Below, in pieces: positions 30,883 to 41,978 of a DNA stretch of 64,000 nt. The DNA comes from Thermoplasmata archaeon. GTDB lineage: Archaea; Thermoplasmatota; Thermoplasmata; Thermoplasmatales; GCA-001856825. The notes beneath the pieces are model-generated. The model did not search any database and was not told the DNA's origin. It saw nothing but the letters and a program-made list of their open reading frames with translations. Location of the stretch: NCBI GenBank assembly GCA_021792255.1, contig JAJYUZ010000003.1, forward strand, positions 128,001 to 192,000. The letters run 5' to 3'. How positions within the stretch are numbered: the stretch's first letter is position 1; each line of letters starts with the position of its first letter. The translations under genes were made by a program, and so were the position numbers.

Positions 30883-31269
30883 TCATTTAAGAGATACTGG
30901 TTGACTTTGACTATCGTCCTTCTGGGCTACGACCGCCGTTCCATATGCTAAAACTTCTGACATCGTTTGTCCGATCTCTGATGAATCGAATCTCACTTCG
31001 ATGACCGCATTAGCACCAAGACTCTTCGCGTGTTGTTTGAGCCTTTCGAGCGCTTCGAACCTGCTCTGGTCGAGCATTTCTGTGTATTCCTTAATTTCTC
31101 CACCCGCAATCGTCCTAAGTCCAGCAATGACATTACCTCCCAGTCCTCTGGATCTGACTATCAGCCCCCATGTGAACCCTATAACGCTCGTTATTTTGTA
31201 TCCAGGTATGTAGGGAGTACTTACGACTACCAAGTCAGCTGTTGAAGGATTGTAGCTTCCACTGAACAT
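30883..31269 (-). CDS. YbjQ/UPF0145 family protein
   Basis: Motifs GGEIKEYT, LGANAVI..RFD and AYGTAV. Confidence 0.92.
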   Translation of the reverse strand: MFSGSYNPSTADLVVVSTPYIPGYKITSVIGFTWGLIVRSRGLGGNVIAGLRTIAGGEIKEYTEMLDQSRFEALERLKQHAKSLGANAVIEVRFDSSEIGQTMSEVLAYGTAVVAQKDDSQSQPVSLK

Positions 31270-31437
31270 GAAGAAGTCAGAAATAGAAGATATAAAACGG
31301 TTACGTCAGAATTGTATTTACTTGAAGAATCAGAGGAAAGGAATCCGTCGTACGCTAACGTGCTCACAGTGGATCGATGAAAGAGGAGATAAGAATATAA
31401 AAAGAAAATTAAGGAATGGAATGATGGTTACGATTGC

Positions 31438-33063
31438 TTAGTCTTCATCACCACCGGGTCTTCCTCCCGGCGGTCTTGGAGCTCCACCGCTAGTGGCTTT
31501 CGTCGCAATTACATCGTCGATCCTGAGAATCATAACCGCTGCGTCGGTAGCGCTGTCGATTGCCTGTCTTCCTACCCTGATCGGTTCAATAACTCCCAGA
31601 TTTAACATATCTATTGGTTTTCCCTTTATGACGTCTACGCCCGCATTCTTTTTTCCATCAGCGTGTTCTTTTTTCAGGGAGATTAGTATTCCTATCGAGT
31701 CGAGACCTGCATTTTCAGATAGGGTTCTCGGAACGATTTCCATTGCTTCCGCGAACTTCTCGATTGCGAGCTGTTCCCTTCCGCCAACGGATGCGCTGTA
31801 TTCCCTGAGTTTCATTGCAATTTCTACGGCTGCCGCCCCGCCACCCGGAATAATCTTTCCATCCTGCAGTGCTGCAGCGACCACGTGCAGCGAGTCGACA
31901 ATGCTTCTCTCAATTTCGTCAACAACGTGTTCCGTTCCACCCCTTACGAGTATGGAAACTGCCTTTGGATTCTTGCAACCGGTCACAAAGGTAAGATGGT
32001 CCTCTCCGATCTTGACTTCCTCAACCCTCTCTGCGTTTCCAAGGTCTTTGGCGGTCAGGTCGTCCATGTTCGTGATAATTTCTCCATCGATGGCCTTTGC
32101 GAGCTTTTCGATATCGCTCTTCTTCACTCTTCTCGCCGCATAAATTCCTTCCTTTGAGAGATATGCCATCGCTAGATCGTCAATTCCCTTCTGTGTAAGA
32201 ACAACGTTTGCTCCAGTTGCCTTAATCTTTTCTACCATTCCACGAAGAATACTCTCTTCCTGTTTCTTGAATTTAGTAATAGATTCCGGGTCCTCGATCC
32301 TTATCGAAGTGTCGAACTCCGGTTTCTTGATTTCGAGTGCTGTATTGAGCAGTGCTATCTTTGCCTTGTTGACCAAGACGGGCATTCCTGGATGGACTCT
32401 CTCCTTGTCAACTATGACTCCCTGAATCAACCGAGTGTCGTCGACAGAACCTCCCTGCTTCTTTACCAGCTGGATGTCATCGAAATCGACAAAGCTCTTG
32501 TCGCCCCTCTCTTGGGCAACCTGCAAAACGGACTTTACCGCTATATCAGCAAGCTTGGTCTTTGACGTTGAAGCTCCCTTGGAGTTAAGTGCAGTGTTGG
32601 CAATCTTTAGAAGCACTTTCTCGTCCTTCCCTACTGGTGTGGAAATGTCGTTCAGAACTTCTTTCGCTTTCTCTGCAGCCATCCTATAACCGGACGCTAT
32701 CACCGTCGGATGGACGTTCTGGTTAAGCAGATCTTCTGCCTTCCTCAGGAATTCTCCAGCAAGAATTGCGGCCGTTGTCGTACCATCTCCAACTTCCTGA
32801 TCCTGTGTCTTGGAGACTTCGACCATCATCTTTGCTGCCGGGTGATCGATATCCATTTCCTTTAGAATTGTCACACCGTCGTTCGTAATAACGATATCAC
32901 CGAGTGAATCGACAAGCATCTTGTCCATTCCTCTTGGACCCAGCGTTGTTTTTACAGCATCGGCAATCGCCTTTGCAGCACTGATATTGTTTTGCATTGC
33001 ATTCTTTCCAGATTCTCTCTTTGCTCCTTCTTTTAGAATAAATATTGGCTGTCCTGGCATCAT
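31438..33063 (-). CDS. ths: thermosome (group II chaperonin) subunit
   Basis: Motifs [24 protein letters not shown] and ILRIDD. Confidence 0.97.
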   Translation of the reverse strand: MMPGQPIFILKEGAKRESGKNAMQNNISAAKAIADAVKTTLGPRGMDKMLVDSLGDIVITNDGVTILKEMDIDHPAAKMMVEVSKTQDQEVGDGTTTAAILAGEFLRKAEDLLNQNVHPTVIASGYRMAAEKAKEVLNDISTPVGKDEKVLLKIANTALNSKGASTSKTKLADIAVKSVLQVAQERGDKSFVDFDDIQLVKKQGGSVDDTRLIQGVIVDKERVHPGMPVLVNKAKIALLNTALEIKKPEFDTSIRIEDPESITKFKKQEESILRGMVEKIKATGANVVLTQKGIDDLAMAYLSKEGIYAARRVKKSDIEKLAKAIDGEIITNMDDLTAKDLGNAERVEEVKIGEDHLTFVTGCKNPKAVSILVRGGTEHVVDEIERSIVDSLHVVAAALQDGKIIPGGGAAAVEIAMKLREYSASVGGREQLAIEKFAEAMEIVPRTLSENAGLDSIGILISLKKEHADGKKNAGVDVIKGKPIDMLNLGVIEPIRVGRQAIDSATDAAVMILRIDDVIATKATSGGAPRPPGGRPGGDED

Positions 33064-33218
33064 TTAACTGGACACCTCTGTTTCCGTATTTTATTCTTCT
33101 ATATAAATGTGTTTGAACGAAGAAATTCAACACATTCAGGAAACTTTGACACAGAGCCGTTTTCTCAGCGCTTTGCCCAATGGAAATCAAGATATATAGA
33201 ATAAAGATTAGCTGTAAC

Positions 33219-33291
33219 GCCACCGTGGCTCAGTCGGTAGAGCAGCTGATTCGTAATCAGCAGGTCGGGGGTCCGAATCCCTCCGGTGGCT
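33219..33291 (+). tRNA. tRNA-Thr(CGT)
   Basis: Acceptor stem GCCACCG/CGGTGGC, U73, anticodon arm GCTGA-TTCGTAA-TCAGC. T-loop reads TCCGAAT (C55). CCA not encoded; TATA-like ATATATA about 20-27 nt upstream. Confidence 0.95.
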
Positions 33292-33321
33292 TGACCAATC
33301 GAGTTGAAGGGCTCTTTTTCG

Positions 33322-34482
33322 TTAGACCTTTTCTAGCGCGGATGAGATGTCTTCTAGGAGATCCTCTTTATCCTCTATCCCCACCGATAACCTTACAAGA
33401 TCGTCGGTCACTCCGACCTTTTCTCTCACTTCCCTTGGAATTCCTGAGTGGGTCATAAGGGAAGGCACTTCTATTAGCGACTCCACTCCACCTAGACTCT
33501 CTGCAAGTGATATATAGCGCAGATTCCCAACAAATCTCTTGACACCATCTAGATCTGAATTCAGTCTGAACGAAAGCATTCCACCATATCCTCTCATCTG
33601 CTTACGGGCAACTTCGTGATTCTCGTGATCTTTCAGTCCGGGATAGTAGATTTTTTTTACCTTCTTGCTGTCTTTTAAAAGCGATATCACTTCACCTGCA
33701 TTTTTTTCGTGTTCTTTCATCCTTATGGCAAGAGTCTTGATTCCCCTCATCGTCAGATAGCTATCGAACGGTGAAAGTACTGCACCTATTGCATTCTGGT
33801 TGTATTTCAACGTGTGGTAATGCTCATCGTTGTTCGTGATGAGTGCTCCTCCCAGAGAGTCGCTGTGTCCGTTAATGTACTTTGTTGTGCTGTGAACCAC
33901 AACATCTGCCCCTAGGTCTAACGGGTTCTGAAAATAAGGTGACGCAAACGTGTTGTCCACAACAGCCATTAGACCGTTCTTCTTCGCCTTCATAGACACC
34001 TCCCTTATGTCTACTATCCGCAGGAGCGGATTAGAGGGGGTTTCAAAGTATATCATCTTGGTCCTATCTGGGATCGAGTCCAGCGACGATGTATCCGTAA
34101 GGTCACGAAGCTCATAGGAGATTCCCGCATTCGAAAGTACCCTGCGCAGAAGTCTTTCCGTCCCACCATACAGGTCATCCGCTGCTATTATGTGATCACC
34201 GACCTTCAGGAGCGACAGAAACATTGTAGTTTCCGCGGCAAGGCCAGATGCAAACAGGAGCCCGTACTTACCATTCTCAATTGAAGCAATCTTCTTTTCC
34301 AGAGAAAGTCTGGTGGGATTACCTGTCCTCGTGTAGTCATATCCTTTAGTAGGCTCTAGAGGATCATTTCTTGCAAATGTAGTAGTGAGATGGATTGGAG
34401 AGACCACATCACCTGTCCCCCTGTCTTTGTCAGGTTCCTCTCCTACGTGAATTGACTTTGTTGAAAATCTCATAGAAACCAC
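33322..34482 (-). CDS. cystathionine gamma-lyase/synthase (Cys/Met PLP enzyme)
   Basis: Motifs YTRTGNPT, ETPSNP, DNTFASP, HSTTKYINGHSD and AESLGGVESL. Confidence 0.92.
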   Translation of the reverse strand: MVSMRFSTKSIHVGEEPDKDRGTGDVVSPIHLTTTFARNDPLEPTKGYDYTRTGNPTRLSLEKKIASIENGKYGLLFASGLAAETTMFLSLLKVGDHIIAADDLYGGTERLLRRVLSNAGISYELRDLTDTSSLDSIPDRTKMIYFETPSNPLLRIVDIREVSMKAKKNGLMAVVDNTFASPYFQNPLDLGADVVVHSTTKYINGHSDSLGGALITNNDEHYHTLKYNQNAIGAVLSPFDSYLTMRGIKTLAIRMKEHEKNAGEVISLLKDSKKVKKIYYPGLKDHENHEVARKQMRGYGGMLSFRLNSDLDGVKRFVGNLRYISLAESLGGVESLIEVPSLMTHSGIPREVREKVGVTDDLVRLSVGIEDKEDLLEDISSALEKV

Positions 34483-35444
34483 TAGATGAATCCGTTGTCC
34501 CTCATCCAGTTATCGTTGTAAATTTTGCTCAGATATCGATAACCCGAGTCGGGAAACAGGACCACAATGTTCATCCCGTCGAATTTCTCGGCAACCCTCA
34601 TTGCGGCCACCATCGCAGCCCCAGACGATCCTCCGGCAAAGATTCCCTCCTCTCTTGCAAGTTTCCTTGTCATTAGGAAACTCTCCCTGTCGTCTACCCG
34701 TATGATGTCATCAATGATGGAGAAATCCACTGCCTTCACGAGATAGTCTTCTCCTATGCCCTCCACTTTGTACACGTGGGGTTCCTGAAGCTTTCCCGTT
34801 TTGAAATAATCGTAGAATACGGAGCCCATCGGGTCGACGCCTATGATTTTCACTTTTGAGTTCTTCTCCTTGAGAAATTTCCCTACACCAGAAATGGTCC
34901 CTCCTGTACCTATTCCTGCTACGAACACGTCTATCTGGCCATCCATCTGCTCCCATATTTCGGGACCCGTTGATATATAGTGCGCCTCAATGTTGTCAAG
35001 ATTGTTGTACTGATCCGGATAGAATGCTCCCCTCTCTCTCGCCACCCTGCTTGCGACGCTGTAATAACTTTCTGGAGAGTCGTGGGTCACATCGGTTCTC
35101 GTGACTAGCACCTCGGAGCCATAAGCCTTCATAAGGTTGATTTTTTCTTCGCTCATCTTGTCAGGTATCGTGATCAAACACGAATATCCCTTCACTGCCG
35201 AGATCATGGCTAAAGATGCTCCGGTGTTGCCCGATGAGTTCTCTACAATACTGTCTCTGAACGAGCCTGATTTCCTAGCTTTCTCAAGAATGTGTTTTGC
35301 CATTCTGTCTTTGACGCTCCCGCCTGGATTGAAAAACTCCAGTTTCCCATAGAAGCTGTTGCGTTTGTCTACGACCTTGTTTATTCTAACGATAGGGGTG
35401 TTCCCAATTGTTTCGAGAATGGTATCATAAATTTTCATTTTCAA
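34482..35444 (-). CDS. cystathionine beta-synthase / cysteine synthase family (no CBS domains)
   Basis: Motifs NPGGSVKDR, SSGNTG, GIGTGGT, YKVEGIG and DSGYRYLSKIYND.W. Coupled to the gamma-lyase, consistent with reverse transsulfuration. Confidence 0.9.
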   Translation of the reverse strand: MKMKIYDTILETIGNTPIVRINKVVDKRNSFYGKLEFFNPGGSVKDRMAKHILEKARKSGSFRDSIVENSSGNTGASLAMISAVKGYSCLITIPDKMSEEKINLMKAYGSEVLVTRTDVTHDSPESYYSVASRVARERGAFYPDQYNNLDNIEAHYISTGPEIWEQMDGQIDVFVAGIGTGGTISGVGKFLKEKNSKVKIIGVDPMGSVFYDYFKTGKLQEPHVYKVEGIGEDYLVKAVDFSIIDDIIRVDDRESFLMTRKLAREEGIFAGGSSGAAMVAAMRVAEKFDGMNIVVLFPDSGYRYLSKIYNDNWMRDNGFI

Positions 35445-35721
35445 CTTCCTGTCAACAATCCAAATCTATCTTATAATTCCTCTGCGACCTCACTAAAGAA
35501 ATATGTGGCATCACCAATTTAATTCTAGGATGTATTAGTGTGCCTCCCGTTCTCGCATTTTTTCTCGAACCTGGTGCATTCCGTAAGTCCCCGAATGAAC
35601 CCCTCGCCCTCTAAAAGAACCGTGATTTTTGCACCTGACTGCTGGAGCCTTTTCAAAATCTATAATCTTCAGTTGCCTTTTGAAATGAAATTGGAAAAAA
35701 TAAAAAAAAAGGAAAGGTAGA

Positions 35722-37260
35722 CTACTTCTTGCCACCTGCTCCGGGGGCAGTCACTTTCTGAGGCCTAGCTACGCCCACAACCGCCGAACCTACCACTGTG
35801 ACTAATAAATTCACCACTAGCGCAATGAGCCCGACATACAAGAATCCGAGAGGTGTGTTGAATTTGAAGAAAGTAGTAGCTAGTGAAGTAAATTTGAACT
35901 GCACGAAGTTTGCATAGAGAAGCATTGTCAGTCCCGTTATCATTCCTGCTGCCCATCCCACTCCAACCGACCACTTTTCTAGTTTCTTAGTGTACAATGC
36001 AAGGAATATTGCTGGAAGGGTTTGCAGGACGATGATACCTCCGACCAACTGCAGCTGCAAAGAATACGTAGCCTGAATTAAAAAGATGAATGCCAGTGCG
36101 ATGAATTTGAACATTACCGAAAAGTACTTCGACATTCTTGCTTCTGTTTTTGCTGTCATTTTTGAATAATATGGCTTTATGACGTTCCTGGTCAGCAGAT
36201 TCGCCTGAGAAATGGCCATTATCGAAGCGGGTACAAGTCCACCGATGAATATTCCCAGGAATGCAAATCCCACAAACCATGGAGGGAAATATGCATAAAT
36301 CAGTGACGGAACTGCGGTAACGACGCCATACATATGAACTAGTGCTAGAGCTTTAGAGGAGCCATATACCAGTAAACCAAACAGTGCGAGCAGTGCCAGC
36401 CCCACTCCATAGATGGGTAGAAGGGCCGTGCTCATTCTCAGTTTCTTCGTGCTGCTAGTGCTGAGAACTCCGTTGATCGCGTGCGGATACAGGTACAGCG
36501 CGAGAGCACTCATTATAGATAGACTGACGAAACCATTAAGATACAGAGGAGCAAGGGTGGCACCACCTGTAGGAAGCTTTGGTAGAGAAGAAATGGCGTG
36601 ACCAAAACCACCTATGTAAATCGGGACGAGAACTATTACGACAATGACCGTGGTAAAAATGATGACATCCTTCATGACAGCTGTTACCACCGCTCCCCTG
36701 AGCCCGCTGGTAAAAGTGAAAGCTGCAAGTATTATGAACGCTATGATCAGAGATATTTCTGTCAAAGTAGCGGCATTGCTAGTCACTAACTGACCTATCA
36801 TTACAGTAAGTACTGCCTGCATACCGTAAATCTGAAGTGCAATGTACGGCAGCTCAGCGACTATTCCCGTCAGTGCGATGATAAGTGCAAGGGTTCTGCT
36901 GTTGAACTTGTCCCTTACCATGTCGACCGCTGTTACGTAGTTGTTAGTCTTTGCCATTTTCCATAGGCGAGGCATCGTGACCATTGCAACTCCAAACGTC
37001 ATTCCAACGTAAGGAACTGCATAGTAGAAGACCGCTCCCTTTAGGAATACCGACTCTGGGATAGCTATGAAAGTATAGGCGGTATAGAGGTCAGCGCCTA
37101 TCAAGAACCAGGCGAGATAACTACCAAGTCTGCGACCGGCTAATGCCCACTCTCCAAGATCGCTCAGGTCACCTTTCCTAAATCTGGAAGACCAGAATCC
37201 AAGGGCTACGAAAAGAACGAACAGACTTACGAATACTAAAACGACCTCAATGTTGTTCAT
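35722..37260 (-). CDS. sodium:solute symporter (monocarboxylate uptake MctP-like)
   Basis: Motifs EWALAGRRLG, GADLYTAYTF, PYIALQ, YPH and NLLTRN. Confidence 0.9.
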   Translation of the reverse strand: MNNIEVVLVFVSLFVLFVALGFWSSRFRKGDLSDLGEWALAGRRLGSYLAWFLIGADLYTAYTFIAIPESVFLKGAVFYYAVPYVGMTFGVAMVTMPRLWKMAKTNNYVTAVDMVRDKFNSRTLALIIALTGIVAELPYIALQIYGMQAVLTVMIGQLVTSNAATLTEISLIIAFIILAAFTFTSGLRGAVVTAVMKDVIIFTTVIVVIVLVPIYIGGFGHAISSLPKLPTGGATLAPLYLNGFVSLSIMSALALYLYPHAINGVLSTSSTKKLRMSTALLPIYGVGLALLALFGLLVYGSSKALALVHMYGVVTAVPSLIYAYFPPWFVGFAFLGIFIGGLVPASIMAISQANLLTRNVIKPYYSKMTAKTEARMSKYFSVMFKFIALAFIFLIQATYSLQLQLVGGIIVLQTLPAIFLALYTKKLEKWSVGVGWAAGMITGLTMLLYANFVQFKFTSLATTFFKFNTPLGFLYVGLIALVVNLLVTVVGSAVVGVARPQKVTAPGAGGKK

Positions 37261-37514
37261 TTCTTTCCTGCCTCCATCTTATTCAGCATAAACGCAGCAC
37301 ACGTGTAGAAAGCAGCCGTAACAAAAAGCCAAAGGACCTCGAACCAGTAAAAGAACGTCAATCCGAACAGCCTCGGACCGGCCTGGTTGTAGAGTGGCGT
37401 CAGAGCAAAGACGACTATTGGGATAAGCAAAAGAAGCGCCACTACAGTTTTCTGTGCGGTTGTCCCTTTGACCTCAAGTGACAGTTCGTCAACACTTACT
37501 TCACTCGTTGTCAT
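37257..37514 (-). CDS. DUF3311-like small 2-TM partner of the SSS transporter
   Basis: P.YN...P.LFG..FFYW motif; ATGA overlap with the symporter; ATG start at 37514. Confidence 0.82.
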   Translation of the reverse strand: MTTSEVSVDELSLEVKGTTAQKTVVALLLLIPIVVFALTPLYNQAGPRLFGLTFFYWFEVLWLFVTAAFYTCAAFMLNKMEAGKK

Positions 37515-37639
37515 TTTTAACCGATATGTGCTATGAAGATGGTCGTATTTATATTTGTTTGAATTTAGTGTCATTGTAACTGTTTAAGTGTTCTGCAAAC
37601 GTGGGTCAAGACTGATAAATTATTAATCTCGAGACTGAC

Positions 37640-39076
37640 TTGCGTGAAGTGGAGTACAAGTGGACGGTTCTTTCCAATACCACACTCGGTACTTTGATGG
37701 CTTCTCTCGATTCAAACATAGTACTGATATCTCTTCCTACAATTGCCAGAAGCCTTCCAGACACCACAATTCTTGATCTGCTCTGGATACTCATGGGGTA
37801 CACCCTGGTCACGGCTGCTGTACTGGTGAACTTCGGTAGACTCTCAGATATGTTTGGAAGAGTCAGACTGTACACAATCGGTTTTGCAGTGTTCACGGCT
37901 GGATCAGCTCTCTGCAGCTTATCACAGATTGGACCGGAACTGATCGCATTCAGACTGGTTCAGGGAGTTGGAGCAGCATTTCTTTTTTCAAACAGCGGGG
38001 CAATTATCACGGACGCTTTTCCGGAAAAAGAGAGGGGAGAAGCGCTGGGAATCAATCAAGTTGCGATAGTTGCTGGCTCTGTCTCCGGTCTCGTGCTCGG
38101 AGGGTTGCTCACGTATACTATCGGTTGGAGGTCCATATTCTATGTTAACATCCCCATAGGAATAATCGCGACTATCTGGGCTCACCACAACCTAAAGGAA
38201 CTCGCAGTCATAAAGAGAGGTCAGAAGATCGATATCGTTGGAAATGTTTCATTTGCAGGCGGCATAGGATTGATTCTCACTGGAATCACATTTTATGCGA
38301 CCGCATCTGCCGGTCTGAAAACGGTCATTGCAATGATCGTTGGCGGAATCATCATCTTCTTATCTTTCATAGCGTTTGAGCTGAGAACAGATCATCCCAT
38401 GTTCGATCTAAAATTGTTCAGAATTCGATTGTTTGCCGCTGGTAATTTTGCTATATTTCTTAATGCCTTGGCTAGAGGAGCAGTAACTTTTGTGCTGGTA
38501 TTTTATCTCCAGGGTCCCACAATGAAATTGAATCCTTTCGCTGCAGGTCTTTTCTTGGTTCCAACTTCAATTTCACTCTCTTTCTTTGGTCCGATAAGCG
38601 GCTGGTTTTCAGATAAGTACGGCGCCAGACTCATCTCGACTATTGGGCTAATCGTTTCGGCCATAGGATTCCTGTTTCTGACTCGTTTGGGACCGATCAC
38701 CACCTTCAACAGCCTTCTATTACCACTGGTCCTGGTAGGAAGCGGGATGGGCATCTTTGCTTCTCCAAATAGGGCATCTATAATGAATTCCTGTCCCTCT
38801 CCCGAAAGAGGGATTGCTTCAGGAATGAGTTCCACGCTAGTAAATGTCGGGAGCATATTCAGTATGGGAATGGCGTTCTATGTCATGTCGTTAGCAGTAC
38901 CAATGACAAGTCTTGCGGGCATTTTTCTCGGAACCTCACGTAGTGGAATTTCTGGCCCTTTGATACAATCATTCATCGGTTCTATCCATTCTCTCTTTTT
39001 CATATCAGCCGTAATTCTGGCCATAGCAATTGCACCATCCGTCCTGAGGGGAAAGAAGAGCCTGGTCTCTCAATGA
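37640..39076 (+). CDS. MFS transporter (DHA2/EmrB-like)
   Basis: Motifs GRLSDMFGR, FRLVQGVG, ERGEALG and WRSIFYVNIPIG; 14-TM pattern. Confidence 0.9.
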   Translation: MREVEYKWTVLSNTTLGTLMASLDSNIVLISLPTIARSLPDTTILDLLWILMGYTLVTAAVLVNFGRLSDMFGRVRLYTIGFAVFTAGSALCSLSQIGPELIAFRLVQGVGAAFLFSNSGAIITDAFPEKERGEALGINQVAIVAGSVSGLVLGGLLTYTIGWRSIFYVNIPIGIIATIWAHHNLKELAVIKRGQKIDIVGNVSFAGGIGLILTGITFYATASAGLKTVIAMIVGGIIIFLSFIAFELRTDHPMFDLKLFRIRLFAAGNFAIFLNALARGAVTFVLVFYLQGPTMKLNPFAAGLFLVPTSISLSFFGPISGWFSDKYGARLISTIGLIVSAIGFLFLTRLGPITTFNSLLLPLVLVGSGMGIFASPNRASIMNSCPSPERGIASGMSSTLVNVGSIFSMGMAFYVMSLAVPMTSLAGIFLGTSRSGISGPLIQSFIGSIHSLFFISAVILAIAIAPSVLRGKKSLVSQ

Positions 39077-39155
39077 ACTGTCGAATAGAAACCCATTTGT
39101 TGATTCAAATTTAATCGTACCGAAAATTTTTAAAACTCTAATCAACTTTCAAGTA

Positions 39156-39998
39156 ATGCATCCCGATTATGCGAAGATTAAACTCCCTACTGGAGAGACT
39201 TTTTTCGACACAAAGAAGGAAGTCGATTCGCTGAATTTGCACACGGTGTGCGAGGAAGCAAGATGCCCCAATAAGGGAGAGTGCTGGAGTGATGGAACCG
39301 CGACCTTCATGGTCCTCGGTAAGAACTGCTCTAGGACATGCAGTTTCTGTTCAGTCACTCACGGTTTCGTTCAACCGCTAGATCCTCTAGAACCTCTCAA
39401 TGTTGCGACCGCCGTAAGGGAAATGGGGTTGAAGTACGTGGTGATAACTTCAGTCGATCGAGATGACCTTTCAGATCAGGGAGCGCATCATTTTGCAAAT
39501 GTCATAAGAGAAGTCAAGAAGACTGGAGCAAGCGTCGAAGTGCTAATCCCTGATTTCAGGGGAAACAAGGATTGCATTGACGAAATTTTGAACGAAACCC
39601 CCGTAGTGCTTGCCCACAACGTCGAGACGGTCAGAAGGCTCTCACCGACCGTAAGAGATCACCGTGCAAGTTACGACCAGTCTCTAGAAGTTCTCAGGCA
39701 CGCAGCATCCAAAGGCTTCGTTACGAAATCGTCAATAATGCTTGGACTCGGAGAAACTGACGAAGAAGTTACTGAAACAATGAGGGACCTGAGGAATGTT
39801 GCTGTCAGCCTCCTCACGATTGGTCAGTACCTCAGACCATCCAGGGTCCAGTTACCGGTTGTGGAGTACAGCAGACCAGGAAGATTTGAAAAATTGAAGG
39901 AAATTGGATACGAACTAGGTTTTCAGTACGTTGCTTCTGGACCCCTTGTCAGAACATCCTATAAGGCCGCAGAGGCGTGGACTATGCGGAGGCACTGA
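39156..39998 (+). CDS. lipA: lipoyl synthase
   Basis: CEEARCPNKGEC (auxiliary cluster), CSRTCSFC (radical SAM) and VRTSY. Confidence 0.95.
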   Translation: MHPDYAKIKLPTGETFFDTKKEVDSLNLHTVCEEARCPNKGECWSDGTATFMVLGKNCSRTCSFCSVTHGFVQPLDPLEPLNVATAVREMGLKYVVITSVDRDDLSDQGAHHFANVIREVKKTGASVEVLIPDFRGNKDCIDEILNETPVVLAHNVETVRRLSPTVRDHRASYDQSLEVLRHAASKGFVTKSSIMLGLGETDEEVTETMRDLRNVAVSLLTIGQYLRPSRVQLPVVEYSRPGRFEKLKEIGYELGFQYVASGPLVRTSYKAAEAWTMRRH

Positions 39999-40000
39999 AT

Positions 40001-41017
40001 ATGGGTATTGTGGGAAATCTTTCAAACGAGCAGACAATTTCGGCCTATAAGACGGCTGTCCTCGCGCGTACTCTCGACATAAAGATAATAAATGCACAGA
40101 GGCAGGGAATCATAGGATTTCACGTCCCCAATCAGGGGCAAGAAATGATACAGATTGCTATCGGAATGCTTTCTGAAAAGGACGACTTTATTTTCAATTA
40201 CTATCGTGATTTGGCCCTTTTGCTTCAGAGAGGTGTACCCCTTTCGCTCATTTTCGATCAGATGCTGTCAAACAGCAACGATCTTCAGAAAGGGCGACAG
40301 ATGCCAGACCACTTCTCGTTCAAAGAGTTCAACTTTACTACTGTGCAGAGCCCAGTTGGAGCCCACCTCCCTCTGGCAGTGGGGGCTGCATATTCAATCA
40401 AGTACACCAAGAAGAAAGGAATCGTGATTGCTACATTCGGCGATGGCGCGACATCTACCTCGGATTTCCACGCTGCGCTGAACCTCGCCTCGGTCTACAA
40501 TCTGAGCGTACTCTTTGTTTGCGAGAACAATGGCTGGGCAATATCGCTTCCATCGAGCAAACAGACAAAAGCAGAGATCTACAAGAAGGGAGCCGCGTAC
40601 AATATTCCCGGTAAGAGAGTCGATGGAAACGATCTAATCTCATCCCTCTTGGGCCTTCAAGAAGCTCTAAACTATGTCAGGGATGGAAAAGGACCGTATC
40701 TCGTTGAGGCAACGACGTATAGGATAGGACCTCATTCCACATCAGACGATCCAAAAAAGTACAGGTCAGATGAGATAACAGATGGCAGCGAAAACGATCC
40801 GATCAGGAGACTGGAGAATCTGATGCTTAAAATGGGGGTAGTTGATCCCAGTTTCATTCAATCGGTCAAGGCGCAGGCTAAAGAAGAGATCGACAAGACC
40901 ATGGACGAAAGGATGACCATTCCTCCAGTGGACCCCTCCACAATGTTCGATGATGTCTACGAGTCGCCGTCCTGGATCCAGGAAGAAGAGAGGAGGGAAA
41001 TGAATGACTCAGATTAA
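40001..41017 (+). CDS. 2-oxoacid (branched-chain/pyruvate) dehydrogenase E1 alpha
   Basis: GQE, GRQMPDH, TPP motif GDGATS...ENN, and HSTSDDP. ATG 40001 follows GGAGG. Confidence 0.92.
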   Translation: MGIVGNLSNEQTISAYKTAVLARTLDIKIINAQRQGIIGFHVPNQGQEMIQIAIGMLSEKDDFIFNYYRDLALLLQRGVPLSLIFDQMLSNSNDLQKGRQMPDHFSFKEFNFTTVQSPVGAHLPLAVGAAYSIKYTKKKGIVIATFGDGATSTSDFHAALNLASVYNLSVLFVCENNGWAISLPSSKQTKAEIYKKGAAYNIPGKRVDGNDLISSLLGLQEALNYVRDGKGPYLVEATTYRIGPHSTSDDPKKYRSDEITDGSENDPIRRLENLMLKMGVVDPSFIQSVKAQAKEEIDKTMDERMTIPPVDPSTMFDDVYESPSWIQEEERREMNDSD

Positions 41018-41969
41018 CATGGTCCAGTCGTTAAATAAGTCCCTAGACCAGCTCATGGCAGAGGACGAGAGAGTGATAGTTCTCGGTGAGGACGTAGGAA
41101 GGGATGGAGGAGTGTTCAGAGTGACTGATACTCTTTTGAACAAGTACGGTGAAGAGAGGGTGATCGATACGCCGTTGAGTGAGCTGGGCATAATTGGGAT
41201 GGCTGCAGGAATGGCAATGCACGGATTGAAACCTATTGCAGAAATCCAGTTCCAGGATTTCATCTACCCTGCATTCGATCAGATAGTCAACAACATCTCA
41301 AAGATAAGATACAGAACCGGTGGCAGATACAGCATTCCTTTGGTCATCAGAACGCCCTATGGTGGCGGAGTCAGGGGCGGTCTGTACCACTCTCAGAGTG
41401 GAGAGTCATATTTCGTGCACACCGCCGGTCTTACCGTGATCACGCCCTCAAATCCTTACGATGCAAAGGGCCTCCTGGTATCGGCCTACAAGAGGAACGA
41501 TCCAGTAATTTTTCTAGAGCCAAAAAGACTATACAGATCTGTCAAGGCCGAGGTACCGGACGGACTTTTTGAAATCGAAATCGGAAAGGCAGCCAAGTTG
41601 AAGGAAGGGGACGAAGTATCGATCATCACATATGGTAGCATGGTTCCAACCGTGATGAATACCGTTGAGAAGAATGGGATAAACGCTGATGTAATAGATC
41701 TCCGGACGCTCCTGCCTATGGACATTGATGCCATAATTAAAACAGCCAAGAAGACTGGCAGGGTCATCACCGTTCACGAAGCCCCGAGAACCCTGGGAGT
41801 CGGAGCGGAGATATCGGCCCTAATTGCTGAGAGGGCACTTGATTCCCTTCTAGCTCCAATAGTGAGGGTCGCGGGATACGACATTCCTTTTTCGTATTCT
41901 CACGAAGACCTGAACATTCCCAGTGAGAAGAGAATAATGAGTGCCATTAATAGGGTTCTAGAGTATTGA
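41004..41969 (+). CDS. 2-oxoacid dehydrogenase E1 beta
   Basis: Motifs GEDVG..GGVFR, DTPLSE, EIQFQDF and HSQS.E. Confidence 0.93.
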   Translation: MTQINMVQSLNKSLDQLMAEDERVIVLGEDVGRDGGVFRVTDTLLNKYGEERVIDTPLSELGIIGMAAGMAMHGLKPIAEIQFQDFIYPAFDQIVNNISKIRYRTGGRYSIPLVIRTPYGGGVRGGLYHSQSGESYFVHTAGLTVITPSNPYDAKGLLVSAYKRNDPVIFLEPKRLYRSVKAEVPDGLFEIEIGKAAKLKEGDEVSIITYGSMVPTVMNTVEKNGINADVIDLRTLLPMDIDAIIKTAKKTGRVITVHEAPRTLGVGAEISALIAERALDSLLAPIVRVAGYDIPFSYSHEDLNIPSEKRIMSAINRVLEY

Positions 41970-41978
41970 GGAGTTGAC

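Noticed and set aside
31270-31437. Possible C/D box sRNA downstream of the thermosome gene
   Set aside because: A CTGA is present on the minus strand, but there is no convincing RUGAUGA C box at suitable spacing.
35445-35721. Short ORFs or a gene relic between cbs and the symporter
   Set aside because: No recognisable motif or credible start in any frame.
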